From Promethearchaeota archaeon (lineage in GTDB: Archaea > Asgardarchaeota > Lokiarchaeia > Sigyniarchaeales > SOKP01), in assembly GCA_048937405.1 (NCBI GenBank), contig JBHLNF010000009.1, forward strand, positions 32,001 to 96,000: a DNA stretch of 64,000 nucleotides, written 5' to 3'. The position numbers and the translations under genes were made by a program. This document shows positions 39,968 to 49,424 of the stretch, in pieces (positions within the stretch are counted from its first letter, which is position 1; every line of letters starts with the position of its first letter). The notes beneath the pieces were generated by a model. That model did no database searches. It saw only the letters and a program-made list of their open reading frames with translations, and was not told where the DNA came from.

Positions 39968-41785
39968 ATGTCAGTTGAAGAACTTCATAAATATGGTGTA
40001 ATTACATCAATTAAAGGTTCAATAATTAAAATAAAAGGATTAGAAAATGAAATAAGACTTCATGACTTAGTCAAAATTTCTAACCATAATATTTTAAGTG
40101 AAGTTATTCAAATTTATCCTAATTACATTGTAGCCCAATCTTATGATGATACAAATAGTTTAAGGTTATATGAAAAAGTCATTAATCTTAAAAAACCATT
40201 ATCCATGGAGTTAGCTCCTGGATTGATGGCAAATGTCTTTGATGGAATTCAAAGGCCTTTAGAAACAATTTTTGAGCATTATAAAGAAGGAAAATTAGAA
40301 AAAGGAATCGATTTTTCACCATTATCAAGAAAAAAAAAATGGCATTTTGTGCCGCTAAGAAAAAAAGGTGATAATGTAAATAGTGGAGACATTATTGGAA
40401 CAGTACAAGAAACTGAAGTAATTACCCATAAAATTATGATTCCACCTACAGTTTTTGGGAAAATAACTTTAATTGCAGAAGAGGGAGATTATAATATAAT
40501 AGATACAATTTATTGTTTAACAGAAAATGGACAAGAAACCTCGTTCTCAATGTTACAAAAATGGCCAATTACTAAAAGGAGACCCTTTGAAAGGAAAATT
40601 AAACCAAATGAACCATTATTGACAGGAACACGAATAATTGATTTACTATTTCCAATAGCAAAAGGAGGGACATCTGCAGTTCCAGGAGGATTTGGTACAG
40701 GGAAAACAGTTATTTTACAAACAATTGCAAAGTATTGTAAAGCCGATATAATTATTTTTATAGGCTGTGGGGAGCCAGGTAATGAAATTGCTAATGTTTT
40801 AAAACAATTTAAAGAGATTTATGATGCTAAAAATGGGAGACCATTATTAGATCGCACAATTATTATTGCAAATACTTCAAATATGCCTGTATCTGCTCGT
40901 GATGCCAGTCTTTTTTCAGGAGTCACTATAGCGGAGTACTATAGAGATATGGGATATGATGTTGCCGTTCTTGCAGATAGTACATCAAGATGGGCAGAAT
41001 CCTTAAGAGAAATATGTGGATTATTGGAAGAAATGCCAGCCGAAGAAGGATACCCTGCATATTTACCAACAAGACTCTCAAGTTTTTATGAAAGAGCGGG
41101 TGTTTTTAGAACCAATGGACGAAATCATTTAGGAAAACAAACTATTGGGTCTTTGACAATTATAGGATCAATATCGCCTCCTGCAGGAGATTTTAATGAG
41201 CCAGTTACTACAGTTACTAAAAGGGTTGTACAATCATTATTAGCTCTAGATAATAAATTAGCATACTTAAAACAATATCCTGCTATAAATTGGATGAAAT
41301 CTTATTCAAATTATCCTGAGCAAATTTCAGAATGGTGGAGAAATAACGATATTTATTGGTCAGAAATTGATCTAGATTGGATAGGGTGTCAAAAACAAGT
41401 AGATGAAATACTATCAAAAGATCATGAGTTAAAATTTATAACACAGTTAATTGGAAAGAAAAATTTACCTGATGATCAAAAACTTGATCTTTTTATGGCA
41501 AAATTAATTCAAAATAGTTTTCTAAGTCAAAATGCATTTGTAGAGATCGACAATTTTACAGAACATAAGAAATTATTGGGATTAATTAAAATAATTCTAT
41601 TATTTTTCAAAGAGGGAAAAATTCTGTTAAAAAAAGGATTTAGATTTGATGAGAATAAGGAAGACGAGGTCATGAATAGTATTATGAGAATTACCCATTC
41701 CATTCCAAATGCAGATTTTGACCAAATAGAACAATTTAAAAATAAGATGCTTAGCGATATTTTAAAATTGGTTTTTGTAAGATAA
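39968..41785 (+). CDS. atpA: Second, divergent A/V-ATPase subunit A paralog (GEPGNE variant)
   Basis: Full-length homolog of 33297..35147; Walker [10 protein letters not shown] intact; GCGEPGNE and SARDAS variants. Confidence 0.93.
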   Translation: MSVEELHKYGVITSIKGSIIKIKGLENEIRLHDLVKISNHNILSEVIQIYPNYIVAQSYDDTNSLRLYEKVINLKKPLSMELAPGLMANVFDGIQRPLETIFEHYKEGKLEKGIDFSPLSRKKKWHFVPLRKKGDNVNSGDIIGTVQETEVITHKIMIPPTVFGKITLIAEEGDYNIIDTIYCLTENGQETSFSMLQKWPITKRRPFERKIKPNEPLLTGTRIIDLLFPIAKGGTSAVPGGFGTGKTVILQTIAKYCKADIIIFIGCGEPGNEIANVLKQFKEIYDAKNGRPLLDRTIIIANTSNMPVSARDASLFSGVTIAEYYRDMGYDVAVLADSTSRWAESLREICGLLEEMPAEEGYPAYLPTRLSSFYERAGVFRTNGRNHLGKQTIGSLTIIGSISPPAGDFNEPVTTVTKRVVQSLLALDNKLAYLKQYPAINWMKSYSNYPEQISEWWRNNDIYWSEIDLDWIGCQKQVDEILSKDHELKFITQLIGKKNLPDDQKLDLFMAKLIQNSFLSQNAFVEIDNFTEHKKLLGLIKIILLFFKEGKILLKKGFRFDENKEDEVMNSIMRITHSIPNADFDQIEQFKNKMLSDILKLVFVR

Positions 41786-42040
41786 TCTAAGAAGTGTAAA
41801 ACTAATGCATCAATTTTTTTATCTGTATTTTTTCTTTATTTTTTTAAATAAACCATTACCTAAAATAAAAATAATTTATTGATATTTAACTGTAAATCTA
41901 ATATATAGCTTAATTATAAAATAGATAATAAAATGTGTTAAAGTAGTAATTTTAATATTTTAAGATAAAAACTATTTAATAGTAAAATTTAGAATAACTT
42001 ATTAATACAATTCAATCAGTAAGTATAGTTAATTTTCATT

Positions 42041-42634
42041 TTACGGCTTAAACCATTCAAAGAAATAATATGATTTTGTTAATGGGTTTGCAATAACAAA
42101 CTTTTTCCTTACTGACGTTGCGAGTCTTCCTGCTCTAACCATATCAATAGCAGTAATTTCAGAATCATGAGGTAAAACGTGAACCATAAAAAGTGAATGT
42201 TCTAAACCTGGTCCTTTTTTATAAACGACATAATCTGCACCAAATTTAAGACCTGGTCTTGGAATATATCCCTTTTCCCTTAAGTCTTTGTATATGATAT
42301 ATTTTTCTTCAAATTTATGATGAATTTTCTTAGCAATCTCATGAAATTCCTTAGAATTTAATAGTTTATTCTCTTTTACATCATGAATTGTTATTTCTTC
42401 CGATTCCAATAAAAAATAAGCCTCTATTAAAGATAATTCACTTGGCTTGGAAAAATATTCTAATCTGGGTTTATTTATACCCAATGGAGAACCAAAAAAT
42501 CCTTTCTTAACATATAAATATGAAGCATATAAAGGATTGAAAACTATAACCCTTGAATTAATAAATTTTGTTGGAATTTTATCTGGTAGTTCAATATCAT
42601 CAAGAGAGATTTGATTGTCATTACTTTGGGTCAT
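42041..42634 (-). CDS. endA: tRNA-splicing endonuclease (tRNA-intron lyase), catalytic subunit
   Basis: LSLIEAYFL, YKDLREKGY, GLKFGADYVVY, GPGLEHS, RLATSVRKK (Tyr/His/Lys triad). Confidence 0.93.
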   Translation of the reverse strand: MTQSNDNQISLDDIELPDKIPTKFINSRVIVFNPLYASYLYVKKGFFGSPLGINKPRLEYFSKPSELSLIEAYFLLESEEITIHDVKENKLLNSKEFHEIAKKIHHKFEEKYIIYKDLREKGYIPRPGLKFGADYVVYKKGPGLEHSLFMVHVLPHDSEITAIDMVRAGRLATSVRKKFVIANPLTKSYYFFEWFKP

Positions 42635-42756
42635 TACTAAAAAATTATTAAATATAATTTAATAAATCTTTCAATTTTACTAAAATCAGATGAAATTATA
42701 TAATTTTTAAAACTAATATTTTTAATATTCAAACTAAAAAAAATTGTGTAAAAAAA

Positions 42757-43641
42757 ATGGTTATAAGAAAGGCTGCTGCAGCGGGCAGCTTTTATCCACG
42801 TTATAAACCAGATTTAATCAGTGTATTAAAAGATTCATTTTTAAATGAAAAGTTCGGACCTGGGGAAGAACCTAAAACTTTGAACCAAGCTCAAAGAACA
42901 ATAATTGGTGGGGTATCTCCTCATGCAGGATATATATATTCTGGATGTTGTAGTGCATTTACCTTTTTAAATCTATTTAAAGAAAGAATTCCAGATACAG
43001 TAATAGTTTTAGGTACAGATCATATTGGTTATGGTAAAGTTGCTTTAATGGATGAAGGCGAATGGGAAACCCCCCTAGGGAATATTAGTATTGATAAAGA
43101 ATTATCCAATAAAATACTAGAACATAGTAAGAATATAAAAAATGATGAATCCGCATTTATGGGTTATCCTTTTGGAAGAGAACATAACATTGAAGTACAA
43201 TTACCCTTTATTAAATTCTGTTCACAGGAGAAAAACGTTAAATTTATACCAATAAAAATTTCCACAAAGAATTTCAACGTCTTAAGTCAAATATCCCTCG
43301 ATATATCTAAAGCAATTAATACTTTTGATAAAGATGTTGTTATTGTTGCATCTTCTGATATGACTCATAAAGAAATCTATGATTCCAAACAATTAGTAGA
43401 ATTTAAAGAGCTAGATCAAAGAGTAATAGATGCGTTTGTTGATCTTAATCCTGAAAAAACACTTGAAATGGCTTCAAAAACAACAGTTTGTGGGCCTCAA
43501 ACAATTACTACTCTCATGATGATTTCTAAAAATTTAAATGCAAGTAAGAGTAAATTATTACAGTACTATACGAGTTCAGAAAAAACAGGAAATATTAGTG
43601 GATATTGCGTAGGATATTTTTCAGGAATATTAATAGAATAA
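42757..43641 (+). CDS. MEMO1 family protein (AmmeMemoRadiSam protein B)
   Basis: AGSFYP, PHAGYIYSG, GTDH, WETPLG, EHNIEVQLPF, SSDMTH, CG, VGY. Confidence 0.92.
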   Translation: MVIRKAAAAGSFYPRYKPDLISVLKDSFLNEKFGPGEEPKTLNQAQRTIIGGVSPHAGYIYSGCCSAFTFLNLFKERIPDTVIVLGTDHIGYGKVALMDEGEWETPLGNISIDKELSNKILEHSKNIKNDESAFMGYPFGREHNIEVQLPFIKFCSQEKNVKFIPIKISTKNFNVLSQISLDISKAINTFDKDVVIVASSDMTHKEIYDSKQLVEFKELDQRVIDAFVDLNPEKTLEMASKTTVCGPQTITTLMMISKNLNASKSKLLQYYTSSEKTGNISGYCVGYFSGILIE

Positions 43642-43689
43642 ATTAATTAAATATATAAAAAATAGGATAAAAAAAAGATTTGAATTAAA

Positions 43690-44796
43690 ATGCCAGAAGA
43701 TAATGAAAAAGTTGAGGATTTTATAAGTCTCTGGAGAAAAAAAATGGAAAGCGACATAAAAACACCAAGTACCATCGGTGATTCAATTGAAAAAATTAAA
43801 GCAATTGAAATTGAAAATGAAGACCTAAGAAATAAAATAAAGGAGAATGTAGAATTAATTACAAAAACGGAAAAAATTGTTAAAAATGTAATTAAAGAAA
43901 ATAAAGATTTAAAGGAACAATTAGAAAAGGTAGGAAAAACTGACGGAGCAAATGAAAGCAAAATTCAAAAAGAAAATATTGAGTTAAAAAGTAAGTTAAA
44001 AGTGTTAGAAAACAATTTAGAAGAAAAAGACGTTATCTTGAAAAATAAAGATAATGAAATTACAGAACTAAAAATAAAGCTGGAAACAGCCACAATGACA
44101 TCAAAATCTATTGAAAAAGCTACTAAGGAGAAAGAATCTGAAGAGACAAATGCTTTAATTGACAATTTAAAATCTGAATTGTCGATGAATAAAAATCAAA
44201 TTGCTGATCAAGAAAAAAGAATTAATAGTTTATTGGAAGAAAATGAGTCTTTAAAACAAGAGTTAATTGAAAAAATGAAAAAAGAACCTGTAGATTATAT
44301 AGCTCCTGTGGAAGAGCAAAAACCATTTCCTACAAAGCCTCAATCAACCCAATCCTCTTCAGAGACATTAGAATTATTATGTCAAGATCTTCAATCTGAT
44401 CTTAATAAATACAAACAAATTGTTCAAAAACTGAATAATGAAAAATCTGATCTCGAACGAACAATTAAAAGTAGAGGATTCCAATTAGAACCTGAAGAGT
44501 TAAAGCAACTTAAAAAAGAGAATGAAGACCTCAAAAACGAACTTTCACAGATACAGGCATCTTTAAAGAAAAAGGAGACGGATAAAGCTCAAATTAATCA
44601 AATTAATGATCTACAAGAAAAATTGAAAGAAAAAGAAGAATTGATTGTCGAATTAAAAAATAAGCAACAATCTCAAGCTGATCTTCAAAAACCATCGATG
44701 CCAGATTTGATTGAGGATTTACAAAATAAAATAAATAAGTTAAAGATAACATTAGAAGAAAAGAATAATATTATTGAACAATTAAAATCCTCATAA
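43690..44796 (+). CDS. Long coiled-coil protein
   Basis: 368 aa of E/K/Q/L-rich heptads with Pro/Ser linkers. Confidence 0.8.
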   Translation: MPEDNEKVEDFISLWRKKMESDIKTPSTIGDSIEKIKAIEIENEDLRNKIKENVELITKTEKIVKNVIKENKDLKEQLEKVGKTDGANESKIQKENIELKSKLKVLENNLEEKDVILKNKDNEITELKIKLETATMTSKSIEKATKEKESEETNALIDNLKSELSMNKNQIADQEKRINSLLEENESLKQELIEKMKKEPVDYIAPVEEQKPFPTKPQSTQSSSETLELLCQDLQSDLNKYKQIVQKLNNEKSDLERTIKSRGFQLEPEELKQLKKENEDLKNELSQIQASLKKKETDKAQINQINDLQEKLKEKEELIVELKNKQQSQADLQKPSMPDLIEDLQNKINKLKITLEEKNNIIEQLKSS

Positions 44797-45795
44797 ATGA
44801 AAAAAATAACCATTGATTATACCTCTATAATTTTTGCAGGTCATTTCGCTATTGATCACATTATTCGTTTTAAACGAATTAATAAACCTAGTTTAGGAGG
44901 AAGTACTACTTTCTGTTCATTAGCCCTAAGTAAATATTCGGATAATGTTAAAATAAGTATAATCTCCCATATAGGGAAATCAAACTTCAATTTGTCTTTA
45001 TTAGATAAAATGAAGAATAAAAATATTGATTTAAGTGGTATTAAATACTCTCAAGTAGATAATACAAATTTTGTTCTCGATTACTTTAATCATCATAGAA
45101 TTTTAACTCTGAAATCTAAAAGTCCTGATCTTGTATTTAATGATATTCCATTAAATTTTTTTAAAAACCCTCCTAAAGTTTTTGTACTGGTCCCACTATG
45201 CAATGAAATATCTTATGAATATATAGCTCAAATTTTAAAGAGATTTCCTAAGACATATATTGGTATAGATTTGCAGGGTTTTATAAGAAATATTGAAGAA
45301 GATGGTAAAGTTACATATATCTATGATACTGAAATCATAGCCAACATGCGGAAAATTATCGATTTAATAGGTGACATGTTGATATTGAAAGGTTCAGAGG
45401 AAGAAATGAAACTTCTTTCAGGAAAATCTAAAAATTATGATGATGTCATGACTCACTGTTATGAATATAATAATAATGGGATATATATTATGACATTGGG
45501 AGAAAAAGGCTCGATGCTCATAAAAAGGGGTGAAAAAATTTTGAAAATTCCCGCTTTTAAACCTAAAAAGGTTGTAGATGAAACTGGTACTGGAGATGTA
45601 TATTTTTCAATATTTTTATATGAATTTATTCATTCCGATAAGACTTGGAAATCAATAGAAAAAGCAGCTTTTTTTGCATCTGCAGCAGCATCTTTTCTCG
45701 TAGAAAAGAAAGGACCTGATGGATTTAAAACTAAAAAAGCAGTTATAAAAAGAATTAAGAAGGAGAAATATATCAATTATTCAATCACTCGATAG
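44797..45795 (+). CDS. PfkB/ribokinase family kinase
   Basis: GHFAID, GGSTTF, DLQG, TLGEKGS, DETGTGDVY. Confidence 0.88.
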   Translation: MKKITIDYTSIIFAGHFAIDHIIRFKRINKPSLGGSTTFCSLALSKYSDNVKISIISHIGKSNFNLSLLDKMKNKNIDLSGIKYSQVDNTNFVLDYFNHHRILTLKSKSPDLVFNDIPLNFFKNPPKVFVLVPLCNEISYEYIAQILKRFPKTYIGIDLQGFIRNIEEDGKVTYIYDTEIIANMRKIIDLIGDMLILKGSEEEMKLLSGKSKNYDDVMTHCYEYNNNGIYIMTLGEKGSMLIKRGEKILKIPAFKPKKVVDETGTGDVYFSIFLYEFIHSDKTWKSIEKAAFFASAAASFLVEKKGPDGFKTKKAVIKRIKKEKYINYSITR

Positions 45796-45807
45796 TAATT
45801 TGTACTT

Positions 45808-46401
45808 ATGCATATAAATAGTCATTTTGCATTAGGAGTTATCATTGCATCATTGTTCAATAGTTATTTCCATTTTAATCTTATCGAGTTCTCAATAATT
45901 GTTTTATTCTCATTTGTTTGCGATTTTGATGTATTTATTTCTAAATTTGCAAAAGATAATAATCACAGGATGTTAATAACCCACTCAATTATTCCAAGCT
46001 TGATTATTCTATTTTTAGGACTTACTTTAAATTGGATTGTTTTGATTATTGCTGGTATTTCTTATTCAATTCATATTTTGTTTGATACTCTTGATTGGGG
46101 TACAAATTTTTTCTACTTTCAAAAAAAGCAGGTAGGATTAAAATTTTTAATCTCTAAAGAGGAGTTTGAAAATCTTTCAAAATATTTATCAAAGTATAAC
46201 AATCCTGCCTCATTTTTTGATGAAAAGTATTATAAAAATAAAATTTGTGTAGGTTTTGAGATTTGCCTTTTTATTCTTATGATGATAATAATAACTATTT
46301 ATGCCATTGAATATATCCTTATTACTCTCCTATATTTTCCATTTATCTGGTTTCATTTAACTAGACATTTTCATTTAAAAAAAATGGAAACGATAAGTTA
46401 A
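45808..46401 (+). CDS. Membrane-bound metal-dependent hydrolase (YdjM-like)
   Basis: SHF, DFD, HRMLITHS, HILFD. Confidence 0.75.
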   Translation: MHINSHFALGVIIASLFNSYFHFNLIEFSIIVLFSFVCDFDVFISKFAKDNNHRMLITHSIIPSLIILFLGLTLNWIVLIIAGISYSIHILFDTLDWGTNFFYFQKKQVGLKFLISKEEFENLSKYLSKYNNPASFFDEKYYKNKICVGFEICLFILMMIIITIYAIEYILITLLYFPFIWFHLTRHFHLKKMETIS

Positions 46402-46521
46402 AGATATTCACAAGATAATAAATAATTTAAATATATTATTAATTTGTGTCAAAATATTTATAAGATCTAATAATAAATTAAAATCATATAACCTTAAAAT
46501 AATATTTATGAGGTGTGAGTT

Positions 46522-46989
46522 ATTTCAGAAGAAATAAAAACTAAAGTCAGATTAAAATTAGATGATTCTGAATCTCAAATGATTTTTAGATGCGATTTAG
46601 GTAATATGAAGGTTAAAGATTGTTATATCGATGAAGAACATCACAAAGAAGTTGATATGTTAGGACCAAATCCCTCAAGGATGGTTGCTTTAGGAGTATT
46701 AGGATGTATGAGTGCTAGCTTTATCTTTTGCTTGAAAAAACGAAATTTTAAAGTTGAGGATTTTAAAGGTGAAGCAGAGGTTACAATAACCAGAAATGAG
46801 AAAGGGTTTTTGAGAATTAGGAAAATAGATGTTAAAATTGAACCCAAAATAGGAAATCCAGAAGCTCTCAAGAGAGCAAAACAATGTTTAAAACAAGTTA
46901 AAGATGGATATAGTTTTTTCGAACAATATTGTATAGTAACACAATCGATAAGATCTGGAATAGAGGTAAATGTAAATATTGATCTTTAA
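46522..46989 (+). CDS. OsmC/Ohr family protein; start re-assigned to near-cognate ATT
   Basis: GPNPSRM..LGCMSAS, EQYCIVTQS. The upstream frame ISEEIKTKVRLKL aligns with paralog MSNEKKSKVELKL; in-frame TGA at 46516; SD GAGGTG at 46510-15. Confidence 0.85.
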   Translation: MSEEIKTKVRLKLDDSESQMIFRCDLGNMKVKDCYIDEEHHKEVDMLGPNPSRMVALGVLGCMSASFIFCLKKRNFKVEDFKGEAEVTITRNEKGFLRIRKIDVKIEPKIGNPEALKRAKQCLKQVKDGYSFFEQYCIVTQSIRSGIEVNVNIDL

Positions 46990-47059
46990 TTTTTTCTTAT
47001 TTAAAACACTATGGAATTTCATTTTATAGATTTAGTTAAAGTATAAAAAAAAAATTCAA

Positions 47060-47497
47060 ATGTCAAATGAAAAAAAGTCAAAAGTAGAGTTAAAGCTAGA
47101 AGAAAAGATGTTATTTAGATGTAATCTTGGAAAATTAAAAATGGATGATTTATATATTGATGAAAGAACAGAAAAAAGAAATGATCGAATTGGCCCCTCT
47201 CCTGTAAAACTACTTGGTTTATCTGTATTATCTTGTTTAGCAGCAAGCTTTGAGTTTTGCATAGAGAAGAAAAATCTCTCTTTATCAGATTTAGAAGGAA
47301 GAGCTGAACTTACAGTTGCAAGAGATAATAATAATTTCTGGAGAATTAAGAAAATAGATATTGAAATGATGCCAAAAATCGATAATCCTGAATTGCTTAA
47401 TAGAGTAAATCAATGTAAAAAGTTATTTGAGCAATACTGTATTATTTCAGAATCATTAAAAAAAGGGATTGAGATTAATGTCAATCTTGAATATTAA
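47060..47497 (+). CDS. OsmC/Ohr family protein, tandem paralog
   Basis: GPSPVKLL..LSCLAAS, EQYCIISES (two-Cys OsmC pattern). Confidence 0.85.
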   Translation: MSNEKKSKVELKLEEKMLFRCNLGKLKMDDLYIDERTEKRNDRIGPSPVKLLGLSVLSCLAASFEFCIEKKNLSLSDLEGRAELTVARDNNNFWRIKKIDIEMMPKIDNPELLNRVNQCKKLFEQYCIISESLKKGIEINVNLEY

Positions 47498-47500
47498 TGA

Positions 47501-48499
47501 CTAATCGGTAATACCATCTTCAGTTATCGAAAAGACAGAGTCACTTTCTGGAATATGTGGAGCATCAACAACTTTAGCAATTCTCTGTTCTCCTTTCCCC
47601 TTTCTTAGAAATATACGTATCGTAGCGCCATGAGCTACTACATGTCCACCAGTATGGATTAATGGATTACCGTAAAATACATCTGGTTTCGCTGAAACTT
47701 GATTTGTAAATATTACCGCTAATTCATTATATGTTTCCGTTAATCTTAGTAAATCATGTATATGAGAATTTATTGTTTGTTGGCGACTTGCTAGTGTCCC
47801 ACGCCCAATATATTCACTACGAAAGTGTCCAATAAGTGAATCAACTACTATTAATTTTATATTTTTTTCTGAAATAATTTTAGGAGATTCTCTAACTAAT
47901 AAGATTTGATGATCACTATTATACGCTCTCCCTACAGTTATATTTTTTAGAATTATATTATGATCTAAATCCTTCGCTATTGCCATTTGGATTATTCTTT
48001 CTGGTCTAAAAGTACCCTCTGTATCAATATATAATGCACTACCTTCAAGTCCTCCTTCCTCGTAAGATAATTGAACATTAACACATAATTGATGAGCCAA
48101 TTGTGTTTTTCCTGTTCTAAATTCGCCAAAAACTTCTGTAACAGCCCCTGGTTCAATACCGCCATATAATAAATCATCTAAATTCTGACTACCTGTGGAT
48201 AATTTGTTTAATACTTTACGTTTTTCCCATATTATATCTGCAGATTTGAACCCCATTTTTTCTATATCTTGGGCAACTTTAATTATTTTCTCAGCTGTTT
48301 TTTCACCTATACCTGCTTCTTCCATTAACTTATTCATTGGATACATAGCAAGAGTTCTTATGGATAGAATTCCTGCGTCTTTTAATTTTTTTACCGTTGC
48401 TTCACCAACTCCGGGTAAATCCTTCAGGGAGTAAGAAGATTCTGATTCAGAAATTCCTTTTTGGTTTGTCTCTTCAGATGTTTCTTTTTTTTTTGCCAT
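47501..48499 (-). CDS. radA: DNA repair and recombination protein RadA
   Basis: N-terminal HhH (LPGVG), FxxA motif GFKSA, GEFRTGKTQ, YIDTEGTFRPER, HFRSEYIGRGTLASRQ. Confidence 0.96.
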   Translation of the reverse strand: MAKKKETSEETNQKGISESESSYSLKDLPGVGEATVKKLKDAGILSIRTLAMYPMNKLMEEAGIGEKTAEKIIKVAQDIEKMGFKSADIIWEKRKVLNKLSTGSQNLDDLLYGGIEPGAVTEVFGEFRTGKTQLAHQLCVNVQLSYEEGGLEGSALYIDTEGTFRPERIIQMAIAKDLDHNIILKNITVGRAYNSDHQILLVRESPKIISEKNIKLIVVDSLIGHFRSEYIGRGTLASRQQTINSHIHDLLRLTETYNELAVIFTNQVSAKPDVFYGNPLIHTGGHVVAHGATIRIFLRKGKGEQRIAKVVDAPHIPESDSVFSITEDGITD

Positions 48500-48612
48500 T
48501 ATACTATATTAAATGCTAACTTTTTATTTGAATTCCTTATAAAATTGATATCGAACTAATTATAAAAATAATAATAAAAAATTAAAAGAAGAATAAAAAA
48601 TTATAATTTATT

Positions 48613-49275
48613 TTATTTTGTTTCCATGCCCGAACGTGTTATAATTAGCAAAATTATGAAGAGTATTACTGAAAACATAAAAGTTAATACACCCATCATT
48701 TCTGGAACCCAGATAAAGCTTAAGTATAGGAAAGGAATAATGAAAATAGCAACAAATATTATAATAATAGGTAAAGGAGCTTCTTCATCTTTGATATCAA
48801 TGATTAAAGGAATTATAATAAGAAATACCAATAATGTAGCAACAAGTTTGAAAACTAAGGCAATTGAATTCTCAAATATTGCTGAATGTACGTTTGGTAA
48901 CCAGAAATATAATATTTGTTCTGTGTTATCTTTCAGGTCTTCATTGACTTCTGGCATGATTGCGCTAACTATCAATTGAATTATGATAGCAAGAAAAAGA
49001 TACATCAGTATTTCATTAATATCCTTGTTCTTCTTAAGTTGTAATCCTATTGTATCACGTAATAATGTAATAATCCATAAAACGAAAAGGATAATATATG
49101 CAATAAGGGGGTCACCACCAGCACCCCAAAAGTAATTAACTGGGAGTAGTGCAACAGCGTATGCAAAGTATCCATATTTCTCATTCCTTTCAAATAAATC
49201 AAATACTAAAAAAACTGCGAAAATAACACCTAAAGTTGCTAGTATTATTATTGAAGTAATATCGTCCACTGCCAT
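48613..49275 (-). CDS. Hypothetical integral membrane protein
   Basis: About 7 hydrophobic segments. Confidence 0.75.
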   Translation of the reverse strand: MAVDDITSIIILATLGVIFAVFLVFDLFERNEKYGYFAYAVALLPVNYFWGAGGDPLIAYIILFVLWIITLLRDTIGLQLKKNKDINEILMYLFLAIIIQLIVSAIMPEVNEDLKDNTEQILYFWLPNVHSAIFENSIALVFKLVATLLVFLIIIPLIIDIKDEEAPLPIIIIFVAIFIIPFLYLSFIWVPEMMGVLTFMFSVILFIILLIITRSGMETK

Positions 49276-49424
49276 GATATAACCAACTTTTTTAATTCTA
49301 ACTTTAAATTATATTATTATATAATTAGTTCTTTTTTTTTATATTTTTAATTCATTTTCATATATCATATATTAAATTTTACTAAAATAAAATTAAAGTA
49401 TAGAATAAATGATTCATAATTATT

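Noticed and set aside
3336-46989. Treating the start-less genes as pseudogenes
   Set aside because: Their frames are otherwise intact with conserved motifs, three are core subunits of a complete operon, and all share the SD geometry.
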